From an uncultured Spirochaetales bacterium (GTDB taxonomy: Bacteria > Myxococcota_A > UBA9160 > SMWR01), in the NCBI GenBank assembly GCA_964624475.1, contig CAZUYC010000136.1, positions 4,040 to 68,039 of the forward strand: 64,000 nt of DNA, in the 5' to 3' direction. The notes below the pieces were generated by a model, which was not told where the DNA came from, did not search any database, and saw nothing but the letters and a program-made list of their open reading frames with translations. Position 1 is the first letter of the stretch. Every line of letters starts with the position of its first letter. The position numbers and the translations under genes were made by a program. Shown here piece after piece: positions 10,034-18,202 of the stretch.

Positions 10034-10582
10034 CTCCCAGAACAGCAGCGCCGCGAGCACCAGCGCGTGATCGACGCGCCCCTCGCGCACCAGCTGCGGC
10101 AGCGACGTGCGCGGCACGACCTCGACGACGGTCTGCTCGCGCGCGTCGTTCTGGATCTCGGCGACGACCTTGGCTCCGACCGCGACGAAGGCGTGCAGGC
10201 GATTCCCGAACAGCGCCGGATTCGGGTTCACGCTGCCGAGGGCCTGGAGACTCGCGGCGCAGTAGCCGGTTTCCTCCAGCAGCTCGCGCGCCGCGGCCGC
10301 AGCCGGATCCTCGCCCGGATCGATCAAGCCCCCCGGGATCTCGAGCGTGACCTCGCCGGACCCGTGACGGTACTGGCGGACCATCACGACGCCGCCAGCG
10401 TCTGTCAGCGGGATCACGTTGACCCAGTCCGAGGAGTCGATCCTGAAGAAAGGATGGCGCGCGCGCCCGTCGGGCGACTCGGACAGCGTGCGACTCACGC
10501 TGAAGACGCGGCAGTCTTGCAGCCGCTCGCGCGAGATCTCGCGCCAATGCAGCGCAGGGCCGGAGTGCCTGCGCGCGGACAT
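10016..10582 (-). CDS. NUDIX hydrolase (ADP-ribose pyrophosphatase-like)
   Basis: The Nudix box is GGLIDPGEDPAAAAARELLEETG. The gene overlaps the MFS gene end by 18 nt in convergent orientation. Confidence 0.9.
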   Translation of the reverse strand: MSARRHSGPALHWREISRERLQDCRVFSVSRTLSESPDGRARHPFFRIDSSDWVNVIPLTDAGGVVMVRQYRHGSGEVTLEIPGGLIDPGEDPAAAAARELLEETGYCAASLQALGSVNPNPALFGNRLHAFVAVGAKVVAEIQNDAREQTVVEVVPRTSLPQLVREGRVDHALVLAALLFWELSDLR

Positions 10583-11133
10583 CAGAGCACCGAATCGATC
10601 ACGAGCTGAACTCCGCTGTCGCCGGGCTGCGCCTGCGCGGCTGTGCTGCTCAGCAGATCGCCGGGCGTGCGGCTGGTCGCGTTGCCGTCGCCGTCGAGGC
10701 GCGCGCTGAGCTGCAGCGTCCCTTCGAAGGGCATGCTCTTGATCATGCGGTCTCCGGGCCCGATCTCGAACTCCAGCGGAAAGCTCGGCCCCGAGATCCG
10801 CTTGACTGCCAGCGGCGGGCCCGATTCACCCCGGCGCGCGATCAGGAACAGCACGGCGCCCGGCGGCACACGCTGCGCCAGCTCGTCCGCAACGCGGATC
10901 GTGCCGGCGAGCGGCGCGCCCTCCCCGCCCGGGGGCGTTGCGGCCGGCGCGTCGAGGCCGGGCATCACGCCGCGCAGCGCCTCCCCGTCACCGGAACGTT
11001 CGGCGCCCTCCGGGAAGATCTTCGAAAGGTCGGGCTTCGCGACGGCCTCGTTCGGATCGAAGGGCTCGATGTTCCGGTCGCAGCCCGCGATCCATGCGAG
11101 CGCGACCACGAGCGCGAGCCGCCGCCGCCCCAT
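10582..11133 (-). CDS. Lipoprotein with CcmI/CycH C-terminal-like domain
   Basis: The signal plus lipobox is [11 protein letters not shown]. The C-terminal half ([32 protein letters not shown]...) resembles the C-terminal domain of cytochrome c maturation CcmI from memory. Its stop overlaps the NUDIX start by 1 nt (TGATG). Confidence 0.7.
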   Translation of the reverse strand: MGRRRLALVVALAWIAGCDRNIEPFDPNEAVAKPDLSKIFPEGAERSGDGEALRGVMPGLDAPAATPPGGEGAPLAGTIRVADELAQRVPPGAVLFLIARRGESGPPLAVKRISGPSFPLEFEIGPGDRMIKSMPFEGTLQLSARLDGDGNATSRTPGDLLSSTAAQAQPGDSGVQLVIDSVL

Positions 11134-11207
11134 CCTCCGGAGACACTAGCGCGCCGTTGACCGCCCCCGCGCCGGTGGTAGCTTCGCGGCCAGGCGAGGA
11201 GCCTCCC

Positions 11208-13004
11208 ATGTCGACCGGAGCCACGCGGGAGACGCCGCGGGCGTGGCAGCTGCCGCCCGTCGGCGGCAACCCTTCGAGCAGCGCCCAGGGGACCTCACCC
11301 GGGAGCTTCGCGGTGCGGCCGCGGATCGGCACGCCGGTTCCCTTCGGCTCGCCCGACGCCCCCGGCATGCCCGCGCCGTCGGAACGGACGGCCTGGGACT
11401 TCATGCCGCCCGACTGGAGGAAGGTCGGCGACCGCTGGCTCCCGCCCGACGCATTCCGGCCGCTGACCCAGCTCGAGTTCGCGCGCCTCGGCAACGTGAC
11501 GCCGCAGATGCGCCGCGTGGCCGAGCGCGAGCCGCACCTCCTGCCCGAGCAGGTGCGCGACGAAGTCGCCGCGGGGCGCATGGTGATCCCCGCGAACCCG
11601 GCCCACCTGCGCCTCGATCCCATGTGCATCGGCCGCGCGAGCCGCACCAAGGTCAACGCGAACATGGGCGCCTCGCCGGTCGCGAGCGACACGGACGAGG
11701 AGGTCGAGAAGCTGCGCTGGGCCGAGCGCTGGGGCGCCGACACGGTGATGGACCTCTCGACGGGCGGCGACCTCGACGCGACGCGCGAGGCGATCCTGCG
11801 CGCGTCGACCGTCCCGATCGGGACCGTCCCGATCTACTCGATGATCATCGGTCGCCGCCTCGAGGAGCTCGACGAGCGGGCGGTGCTCGAGATGCTCGAG
11901 CACCAGGCGAGTCAGGGCGTCGACTACTTCACGATCCACGCCGGCATCCTGCGCGAGCACCTGCCCTTCGTGCGCCGGCGCCTGATCGGGATCGTGAGCC
12001 GGGGCGGGTCCCTGCTCGCCAAGTGGATGCTCCACCACGGACGGCAGAACCTCACCTACGAGCTCTGGGACGAAATCTGCGAGATCATGCGCCGGCACGA
12101 CGTCGTGCACTCGATCGGGGACGGGCTGCGCCCGGGCGGCCTCGCGGACGCCACCGACGACGCGCAGCTCTCGGAGCTCGCGGTGCAGGGCGAGCTCACG
12201 GAGCGCGCCTGGCGCCACGGCTGCCAGGTGATGACCGAAGGGCCCGGGCACGTCCCCTTCGATCAGATCGAATACAACATGAAGCTCCAGCGCCGGCTCT
12301 GCCACGGCGCGCCCTTCTACGTGCTCGGGCCGCTGGTGACCGACGTCTTCCCCGGCTACGACCACATCACGAGCGCGATCGGCGCGACGGCGGCCGGCTA
12401 CCACGGCGCGTCCATGCTCTGCTACGTGACGCCCAAGGAGCACCTCGGACTCCCGAAGAAGGACGACGTCAAGCAGGGGTGCATCGCGTACAAGATCGCG
12501 GCCCACGCCGCGGACGTGGCGCTCGGACTCCCGGGCAGCCGCGACCACGACGACGAGCTCACGCGGGCGCGCGCGGCACTCAACTGGGAGCGCCACTTCG
12601 AGCTCGCCTTCGATCCGGACACGGCGCGCGCCTTCCACGACGAGGACCTCGACGTCGACACGGACTTCTGCGCGATGTGCGGTCACGACTGGTGCTCGGT
12701 CCGCATCAGCCGCGAGATCGTGGAGTTCGCGAGCGGGAAGGACCCGACCTACGCATGGCAGGGGCCGCGGGTGAGCGACGCGCTAAGCCCCGAGCAGCGC
12801 GCCATCCTCGAGGCGCGCGGCGTCCTCGATCCCGAGGAGGTCGAGCGGCTCGCGAGCAAGACGCGCCGCGCGATGGGAGCGAGCCGCGGCGCGAAGGCCG
12901 CCTGCCACAGCGACGACGCCGACGACGAGACGGCGCAGCGCCTCCAGCACACACGGCTCGACCCGGTCACGCTCGAGCCCGCCGAGGGCCCGGTCTCTCC
13001 CTGA
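11208..13004 (+). CDS. thiC: Phosphomethylpyrimidine synthase ThiC (radical SAM)
   Basis: It has [43 protein letters not shown], and the C-terminal Fe-S motif [10 protein letters not shown]. The conserved core begins near 11466 ([10 protein letters not shown]). In-frame starts are at 11208, 11367 and 11403, so the start is uncertain. Confidence 0.9.
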   Translation: MSTGATRETPRAWQLPPVGGNPSSSAQGTSPGSFAVRPRIGTPVPFGSPDAPGMPAPSERTAWDFMPPDWRKVGDRWLPPDAFRPLTQLEFARLGNVTPQMRRVAEREPHLLPEQVRDEVAAGRMVIPANPAHLRLDPMCIGRASRTKVNANMGASPVASDTDEEVEKLRWAERWGADTVMDLSTGGDLDATREAILRASTVPIGTVPIYSMIIGRRLEELDERAVLEMLEHQASQGVDYFTIHAGILREHLPFVRRRLIGIVSRGGSLLAKWMLHHGRQNLTYELWDEICEIMRRHDVVHSIGDGLRPGGLADATDDAQLSELAVQGELTERAWRHGCQVMTEGPGHVPFDQIEYNMKLQRRLCHGAPFYVLGPLVTDVFPGYDHITSAIGATAAGYHGASMLCYVTPKEHLGLPKKDDVKQGCIAYKIAAHAADVALGLPGSRDHDDELTRARAALNWERHFELAFDPDTARAFHDEDLDVDTDFCAMCGHDWCSVRISREIVEFASGKDPTYAWQGPRVSDALSPEQRAILEARGVLDPEEVERLASKTRRAMGASRGAKAACHSDDADDETAQRLQHTRLDPVTLEPAEGPVSP

Positions 13005-13055
13005 CCGGCGCGAACCGCCCTGCTTGCCGGCTCTTCGCCGGCAGGCAGCCCGCGA

Positions 13056-13104
13056 GCAAGGTCGGAGCAAGCGAAGCGCGCAGCGAGGCGAAGCCGAGCG
13101 GAGT
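13056..13104 (-). repeat. Dispersed GC-rich repeat, 1 unit (inverted relative to the others)
   Basis: The reverse complement ACTCCGCTCGGCTTCGCCTCGCTGCGCGCTTCGCTTGCTCCGACCTTGC has a core identical to the unit at 35.43 kb. It lies between thiC and the mtnK-like gene. Confidence 0.85.
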
Positions 13105-13115
13105 AGAAAAGGCAA

Positions 13116-13147
13116 GACGCCCCGGAGCCTTGCGACTCCGGGGCGTC
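13116..13147 (+). other. Perfect 12-bp-stem hairpin downstream of thiC
   Basis: The structure is GACGCCCCGGAG-CCTTGCGA-CTCCGGGGCGTC. No U-run follows, so it could be a terminator or processing site. A smaller hairpin (TGCCGGC-TCTTC-GCCGGCA) sits at 13025-13043. Confidence 0.35.
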
Positions 13148-13249
13148 CCGTCCGAGCCTCACCCCCCCCGAAATGGGCCCAGATCTGGTTTCATTCTCGG
13201 CATCGGCGGCGGGGACTTGAGGCCTCTTCTTCGCGGGGGGTGCCTGCCC

Positions 13250-14275
13250 ATGCGCCGGCAGAATCGGCTGAGCGAGGCGACCCTGCCCGGCTACCTCGCC
13301 GGAGCGGGGTTGATCGACCCCGAAGCGCTGCTGGCCGTCGAGCCGCTCGGGGACGGAAACATCAACTGGGTCCGGCGCTTCCGCACCCCGGCGGGCAGCC
13401 GTGTGGTGAAGCAGGCCCGCCCGACCCTGGAGCGTTTCCCGCAGTATCGGGTGTCGACCGAGCGCATCCTCTTCGAGGCTCGCTACTACGAGACCGTCGC
13501 GGCGTTCGATCTCGAGGGGATCTGCCCCCAGGTTCTTTACTTCGACCCGGTCGATCGGGTGTTGGTGCTCGGCGATCTCGGCAGCGTCGAGCGACTCGAT
13601 GCTGCCCTCGCGCGCCGCGCCGACGTCCGCTCCGCGGCGGCGGCGCTCGGCCGCTTCCTCGGGCGCGTCCATGCGGGGACCCGGAGCCCGGAGCTCGCCG
13701 CCCGCTTCGGCAACGACGAGATGCGCCGGCTCCACGGAGATCACATCTTCCTCCTCCCCTATCGCGCGAACGAGTTCCCGCTCTCGCCGGCGCTCCGGGC
13801 TCGAGCCCGGGAGATCCGGGCCGATGCCCGGCTCGTCGCACGGATCGACTCCGCCCACGCGCGCTATCTCGAGCCGCGCGGCTCGCTCGTGCACGGCGAC
13901 GTGCAGGCCGCCAACGTGCTGCTGGCTCCCGACGGCCCGAAGCTCCTCGACGCCGAGATCGCCCACGTGGGCGATCCCGCCTTCGACGTCGGCCAGCTCG
14001 TCGCACACCTCCTCCTGCCCGCGGTCTCGAGGGGCGAGACCGTCCGGGGTCGCGCTAGTGCGGAGGCGGCCTGGACCGCGTACGTCGAGGGATTCGGGGA
14101 TTCCGGACATCCTGCGTTCGCCGAGGCGGCGGTCTACGCGGGGATCGAGCTCCTGCGCCGCACGCTCGGCGCAGCCCGGGTCGCTGCGGTGGAGACGGAC
14201 GACGCGGGGCTCGCGGTGGTGGCCGCGGGGCTTCGCCTCGTGCTGAGCCCACCCGCCTCCCCGAAGGAGCTCTGA
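13250..14275 (+). CDS. Methylthioribose kinase (MtnK)-like phosphotransferase
   Basis: This is the 3' part of track ORF 11243..14275, starting at ATG 13250. It has PLGDGNINWVRRF, VKQARP, HGDVQAANVL, GDPAFDVGQLVAHL and GIELLRRTLG. These parallel B. subtilis MtnK motifs from memory. Confidence 0.8.
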   Translation: MRRQNRLSEATLPGYLAGAGLIDPEALLAVEPLGDGNINWVRRFRTPAGSRVVKQARPTLERFPQYRVSTERILFEARYYETVAAFDLEGICPQVLYFDPVDRVLVLGDLGSVERLDAALARRADVRSAAAALGRFLGRVHAGTRSPELAARFGNDEMRRLHGDHIFLLPYRANEFPLSPALRARAREIRADARLVARIDSAHARYLEPRGSLVHGDVQAANVLLAPDGPKLLDAEIAHVGDPAFDVGQLVAHLLLPAVSRGETVRGRASAEAAWTAYVEGFGDSGHPAFAEAAVYAGIELLRRTLGAARVAAVETDDAGLAVVAAGLRLVLSPPASPKEL

Positions 14276-14277
14276 GC

Positions 14278-14757
14278 GTGCGGCCCGATCCGAGTGGCGC
14301 GTCCGCGGTGTGGCTGCACGCGGCGCTGTGGCTCCTGCTCGCAGGCTGGCTCGGCGCCTGGATCCTCTTCGCCTTCGTGGTCGCACCCACGGCGTTCCGC
14401 GTCCTGCCCACGACCCGGGTCGCGGGTCAGCTCGTGGGACCCGTCCTCACCGCCCTCCACCTCTACGGCGTAGGGGCGGGGCTTGCGCTCGCAGCGTTGG
14501 CGTGGGGCTTGGCCCGCACCGGTGCCAGCCTCTGGATCCCCCTCGCCATGGGCGCGCTCTGCCTCGTGTCGCAGTTCGGGGTGACGGCGCAGATCGAGGC
14601 GATCCGGCCCCTCGCCTTCGGACCGTCCGGGAGCCCGGAGATGGCGGCGCGATTCCAGCTCCTGCATCGGGTCTCGATGGGGATCTACACCGCCGTGGGT
14701 GTGGCGGGGTTCGTGCTCGTCGCGATCCACTCCCGCGCCGACTCGCGGGGCCGCTAG
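14278..14757 (+). CDS. DUF4149 (TMEM205-like) membrane protein
   Basis: It starts at GTG, has 4 predicted helices, and carries FAFVVAPTAFRVLP, typical of this family. Confidence 0.7.
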   Translation: MRPDPSGASAVWLHAALWLLLAGWLGAWILFAFVVAPTAFRVLPTTRVAGQLVGPVLTALHLYGVGAGLALAALAWGLARTGASLWIPLAMGALCLVSQFGVTAQIEAIRPLAFGPSGSPEMAARFQLLHRVSMGIYTAVGVAGFVLVAIHSRADSRGR

Positions 14758-14961
14758 GGGGTCGATCCCGAGGCTCGAAACGGCGGACCGCCGCGCCGAA
14801 AAACCGAAAAAAAACCCGTGCCCTTTGCAGGGCGCTAGTGTATGCTTGTTCGCGCTTGCCGATATTCCTCTTATATTTCGGCAACTTACGGGATTTACGA
14901 GATGATGAGTAGCCCCGGTCGAGGTCCGGGTCAGAGGGTCAGAGGAAGAGGACGCGCCGGG

Positions 14962-15162
14962 ATGGACGTCAAGATCAAGCTAGCCATCGCCTTCAGCGTG
15001 TCCGAGAGCTCGCTCGAGGATGCCCTCGCCGAGTACGACGAGATCACCGTCGAAGGTCTCCTGCGCGAGGTGATCGACAAGGGGATCGCCTGCGAGGAGG
15101 TCTCGGTCCACGTCGAGGAAGGCCCCAACACGCTCGAGGAGCTCGACGCTCTCAAGCGTTGA
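14962..15162 (+). CDS. Small acidic hypothetical protein (66 aa)
   Basis: This is the 3' part of track ORF 14842..15162. ATG 14962 is preceded by GGAAGAGGA. GC3 is very high throughout, and I recognise no motif. Confidence 0.5.
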   Translation: MDVKIKLAIAFSVSESSLEDALAEYDEITVEGLLREVIDKGIACEEVSVHVEEGPNTLEELDALKR

Positions 15163-15218
15163 GCCTCACCGCAAGCCCCGGGCCAAGGGCCCCGGGCCAA
15201 GGCCCAAGAGTTCGCTGG

Positions 15219-15671
15219 CTAGAAGAGCTGGAGCTGCCGCGGATCCCGCGCGGGCGCGACGCGCTCGGCGCGGGGCCGCCGGGGCGGCACGGCCCGCGCG
15301 GCCGCGGGCTCCGCGCCGGCGGGCAGCCCGACGCGCAGCACGGGACGGGGCTGGTAGATCCCCTCGGCCCTCGCGAACTCGAGCACGCGGAGATAGAACG
15401 CCTTGAAGCGCGGCCCGTGGTCGAAGTGGCGCAGGTGCGCGAGCTCGTGGCAGAGCGTATTGACGAGGCTCGAGTACTTGAGCGAGCGCCCCGTCGCCGC
15501 ATGGCGCAGGCGGATCCGGATCCTGCCGTCGGCGTAGCAGACGCCGTAGCGGTTCCGGACCCTCGGACGCTCCGCCTCGATGGCGCGGTAGCGCAGCCCG
15601 AAACGCCCGGCGATGCGGGCCGCGTCGCGGTTCAGCCGCTCGATGAGGGTGAGCGCCTCCTGCGGATCCAT
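15219..15671 (-). CDS. DUF45/YgjP-like (SprT-like) zinc metallohydrolase
   Basis: It has the HExxH motif in TLCHELAHLRHFDHGPRF. Confidence 0.75.
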   Translation of the reverse strand: MDPQEALTLIERLNRDAARIAGRFGLRYRAIEAERPRVRNRYGVCYADGRIRIRLRHAATGRSLKYSSLVNTLCHELAHLRHFDHGPRFKAFYLRVLEFARAEGIYQPRPVLRVGLPAGAEPAAARAVPPRRPRAERVAPARDPRQLQLF

Positions 15672-15732
15672 CTCCGACCGGGAATCTTCCGGCGCTCCGC
15701 GGGCTCGTCAAGTTCTATGATAATCTCGGCCC

Positions 15733-16389
15733 ATGCGCGAGGAGATCGCGCTCTTCCCGCTCTCGAACGTCGTCCTCTTCCCGCGGGTGAGGACTCCCCT
15801 CCACATCTTCGAGCCTCGCTATCGCCAGATGACCGAGCACGCCCTCGCGGGCGATCGCCACGTCGGTATGGTGCTGGTCGACCCCGAGCGCGGGGCCGGG
15901 ATGGCCGGCGACCCACCCATCTACCGGATCGGCTGCGCCGGAATCATCTCCGCGGCCCAGCGCCTCGCCGACGGGCGCTTCCACCTCGTGCTCGACGGCG
16001 TCTGGCGCTTCGAGATCGTGGAGGAGCCGCCGCGCCCGCCGGAGCGCCTCTATCGGGTGGCGCGGGTCGAGCGCCTGCCCGACACCCACGGCCCCGACGG
16101 GCGCGTCGCGGAGCTGCGCGCGCGCGTCCAGGACCGCGTGCGCCGCCTGCTCGCGCTCGCGGATCGGGAGCGGGCGCGGGAGTTCACACCCGAGCTCTTC
16201 CACGGCATGGACGACGAGACCTACGCGAACACGCTCGCAAACGCCCTCGCCCTCGCCGCGGCGGAGAAGCAGGGGCTGCTCGAGGCCGCAGGGGTGCTCG
16301 CGCGCTACGAGCGCCTGGAGGGGCTCCTCGCCTTCCGCCTGGCCGAGATCGGCCTCCCCGGGACGCGCCCGACGACCCGGCTGCACTGA
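15733..16389 (+). CDS. LON N-terminal substrate-binding domain protein
   Basis: It has IALFPLSNVVLFPRVRTPLHIFEPRYRQM, typical of the Lon N-domain. There is no AAA or protease domain. Confidence 0.85.
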   Translation: MREEIALFPLSNVVLFPRVRTPLHIFEPRYRQMTEHALAGDRHVGMVLVDPERGAGMAGDPPIYRIGCAGIISAAQRLADGRFHLVLDGVWRFEIVEEPPRPPERLYRVARVERLPDTHGPDGRVAELRARVQDRVRRLLALADRERAREFTPELFHGMDDETYANTLANALALAAAEKQGLLEAAGVLARYERLEGLLAFRLAEIGLPGTRPTTRLH

Positions 16390-16751
16390 GCGAACGCCTG
16401 CGGCGGAAAACGCCGAAAAAAGTCGAGAAAACTCGGAAATCATCGAAAATAAAAGATCTAGATCTGCCGGCACGGCGCCGGCCGACACCGGAGCGCAGCG
16501 GTGGAAGGCGCCTCAGTTCCCGGGCGGGAAGTGCTCGGAATCACGCTGCGATCGGGCTACAAAACGCAGGTTTTCCGTCGGCGGGGACGCCGATTCGCCC
16601 CGTGCATCCGCGTGTAGGCGCGGCGCGCCGATCGACCGCCTTCGAGCTTGCGGGTCGACCCCGAAGATGGTTTACTGCGCGGGCGCCGTAGCGGATCGAT
16701 GGGGATACGGCGCCGCAGATAGTCTTAGAACCGCCGAGAATCGAAGAGCCG
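16390..16751. other. Candidate oriC / dnaA leader region
   Basis: This intergenic region lies directly upstream of dnaA. A low-GC A-tract segment at 16405-16466 ends in the perfect 12-bp palindrome AGATCTAGATCT (16454-16465). There are several GATC sites. One 7/9 DnaA-box-like site (TATCCCCA on the minus strand) sits at 16699-16707. Confidence 0.4.
16648..16676 (+). promoter_or_regulatory. Putative sigma70-type dnaA promoter
   Basis: The pattern is TTGCGG-N17-TTTACT, about 75 nt upstream of the dnaA start. This is pattern matching only. Confidence 0.3.
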
Positions 16752-18185
16752 ATGAGCCTCCCCCCGGAGCTCTGGGATGGCGTTTTGCGCCGTCTCGGGG
16801 CAGAGCTGCCCCGCCACGCGCTCGAAGCCTGGGTGCGCCCCCTCGTCGCCGAGGCGAGCCCCGGCGGGCTGCGCCTGCGCTGCCCGAGCGCCTTCCACCG
16901 CAGCCGGATCGAGGCGCGGCTGCTCGCCCGGATCGAGCGCTGCGTCGAGGTGGAGGCCGGGCGCCGGGTGGCGATCGAGCTCGCCGTGCCCGAGGCCGGC
17001 GCCGCGCGGGCCGCGCCGGACGCTGCCGCATCGGAGGTCGCGACGTCGGAGGTGGCCGCGTCGGAGGTCGAGGGCGTCGGGCCGGCGCCGCGCCTCGCGC
17101 CGCCGCGCGTGGAGCGTTGCGCGGCGGCAGCAGGGCGCGCGCGGCCGGCGCCGTGGCAGGCTGCGCTCTCGCACAGCTTCGAGAGCTTCGTCGTCGGCCC
17201 CTGCAACGCGCTCGCGCGGGAGGCGGCCCTCGCCGTCGCGCGCGATGCGCAGCGACCCGCGAATCCGCTCTTCCTCGTCTCCGACTCGGGGCTCGGCAAG
17301 ACCCACCTCTCGCGCGCCGTCGTCGGCGAGGCGTCGCGGCGGGGCCGCGACGGCTGCATCTACGAGTCGGCGGAGGCCTTCACGGGCCACTTCCTGGCCG
17401 CGATCCGCGACCGCAGCATGGATCGCTTCAAACGGCGCTACCGCCAGGAGTGCGGGATGCTCGTGCTCGAGGACGTCCAGTTCCTGCGCGCGAAGACCGC
17501 GACCCAGCTCGAGCTCTTCCACACGCTCTCGCACCTGATCGACGCCGGCGTCCGGGTGGTGCTCACCGGCGACCGGCTGCCGCGGGACATCGACGGCCTC
17601 GACGCGCGCCTGCGCTCGCGCATGGGGGCCGGGCTCGTCGCGGAGATGGAGCCGCCCGACGCCATCGTCCGCCGGGAGATCCTGCGCAGCAAGGCCTCTC
17701 ACGGCGGCCTCCGCATCCCCGACGAGTGCATCGACCTGCTCGTCGAGGCGCTGCGCGGCAGCGTGCGCGACCTCGAGGGCGCGCTGATCCAGCTCGTCGC
17801 GAGCGCTTCGCTGCTCAAGCGCCCCATCGACCTCGACCTCACTCGCCGCGCGCTGCACAAGCTCGCGCCGATGGAGCCGCTCGGGGCCTGCCTCGACGTC
17901 GGCAGCGTCGTCCGGACCGTGGCCGCCTTCTTCGGAACCACACCCGAGCAGCTCGCCGCGCGCTCCAGGCGCCGCGACGTCCTCGTGCCCCGTCAGCTCG
18001 CGATGTACCTCTGCCGCCGCTACACCGACGCCCCGCAGGCCGCCATCGCGCGCGCCCTCGGCCGCGACCACCCGTCGGTCGCGAACGCGGTGCGAAAGAT
18101 CGAGCGCGCGATCCTCGAGAGCGCCCCGCTCCGCTACCGCGTCGAGGAGCTCGCCGCGCGCCTCGACCGCCTGCGCCGGAGCTGA
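16752..18185 (+). CDS. dnaA: Chromosomal replication initiator DnaA
   Basis: The Walker A region is LFLVSDSGLGKTHL. It also has LVLEDVQFL and the domain IV sequence RRRDVLVPRQLAMYLCRRYT...IARALGRDHPSV. Confidence 0.95.
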   Translation: MSLPPELWDGVLRRLGAELPRHALEAWVRPLVAEASPGGLRLRCPSAFHRSRIEARLLARIERCVEVEAGRRVAIELAVPEAGAARAAPDAAASEVATSEVAASEVEGVGPAPRLAPPRVERCAAAAGRARPAPWQAALSHSFESFVVGPCNALAREAALAVARDAQRPANPLFLVSDSGLGKTHLSRAVVGEASRRGRDGCIYESAEAFTGHFLAAIRDRSMDRFKRRYRQECGMLVLEDVQFLRAKTATQLELFHTLSHLIDAGVRVVLTGDRLPRDIDGLDARLRSRMGAGLVAEMEPPDAIVRREILRSKASHGGLRIPDECIDLLVEALRGSVRDLEGALIQLVASASLLKRPIDLDLTRRALHKLAPMEPLGACLDVGSVVRTVAAFFGTTPEQLAARSRRRDVLVPRQLAMYLCRRYTDAPQAAIARALGRDHPSVANAVRKIERAILESAPLRYRVEELAARLDRLRRS

Positions 18186-18202
18186 GCTTCGCCGACGCGC
18201 CG

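Noticed and set aside
11134-11420. A possible TPP (THI-box) riboswitch upstream of thiC.
   Set aside because: The invariant CUGAGA and ACCUGAUCYGG...GCGWAGGGA elements are missing, and only a loose partial resemblance is present. I kept it as a negative observation in the findings, pending cmsearch.
14781-14820. A GGCGG-A-CCGCC hairpin plus A-run after the DUF4149 gene (and the similar one at 16401-16420) read as intrinsic terminators.
   Set aside because: On the strand of the upstream genes the hairpin is followed by an A-run, not a U-run, and the stems are only 4-5 bp. I recorded them instead as a shared motif of the two low-GC islands.
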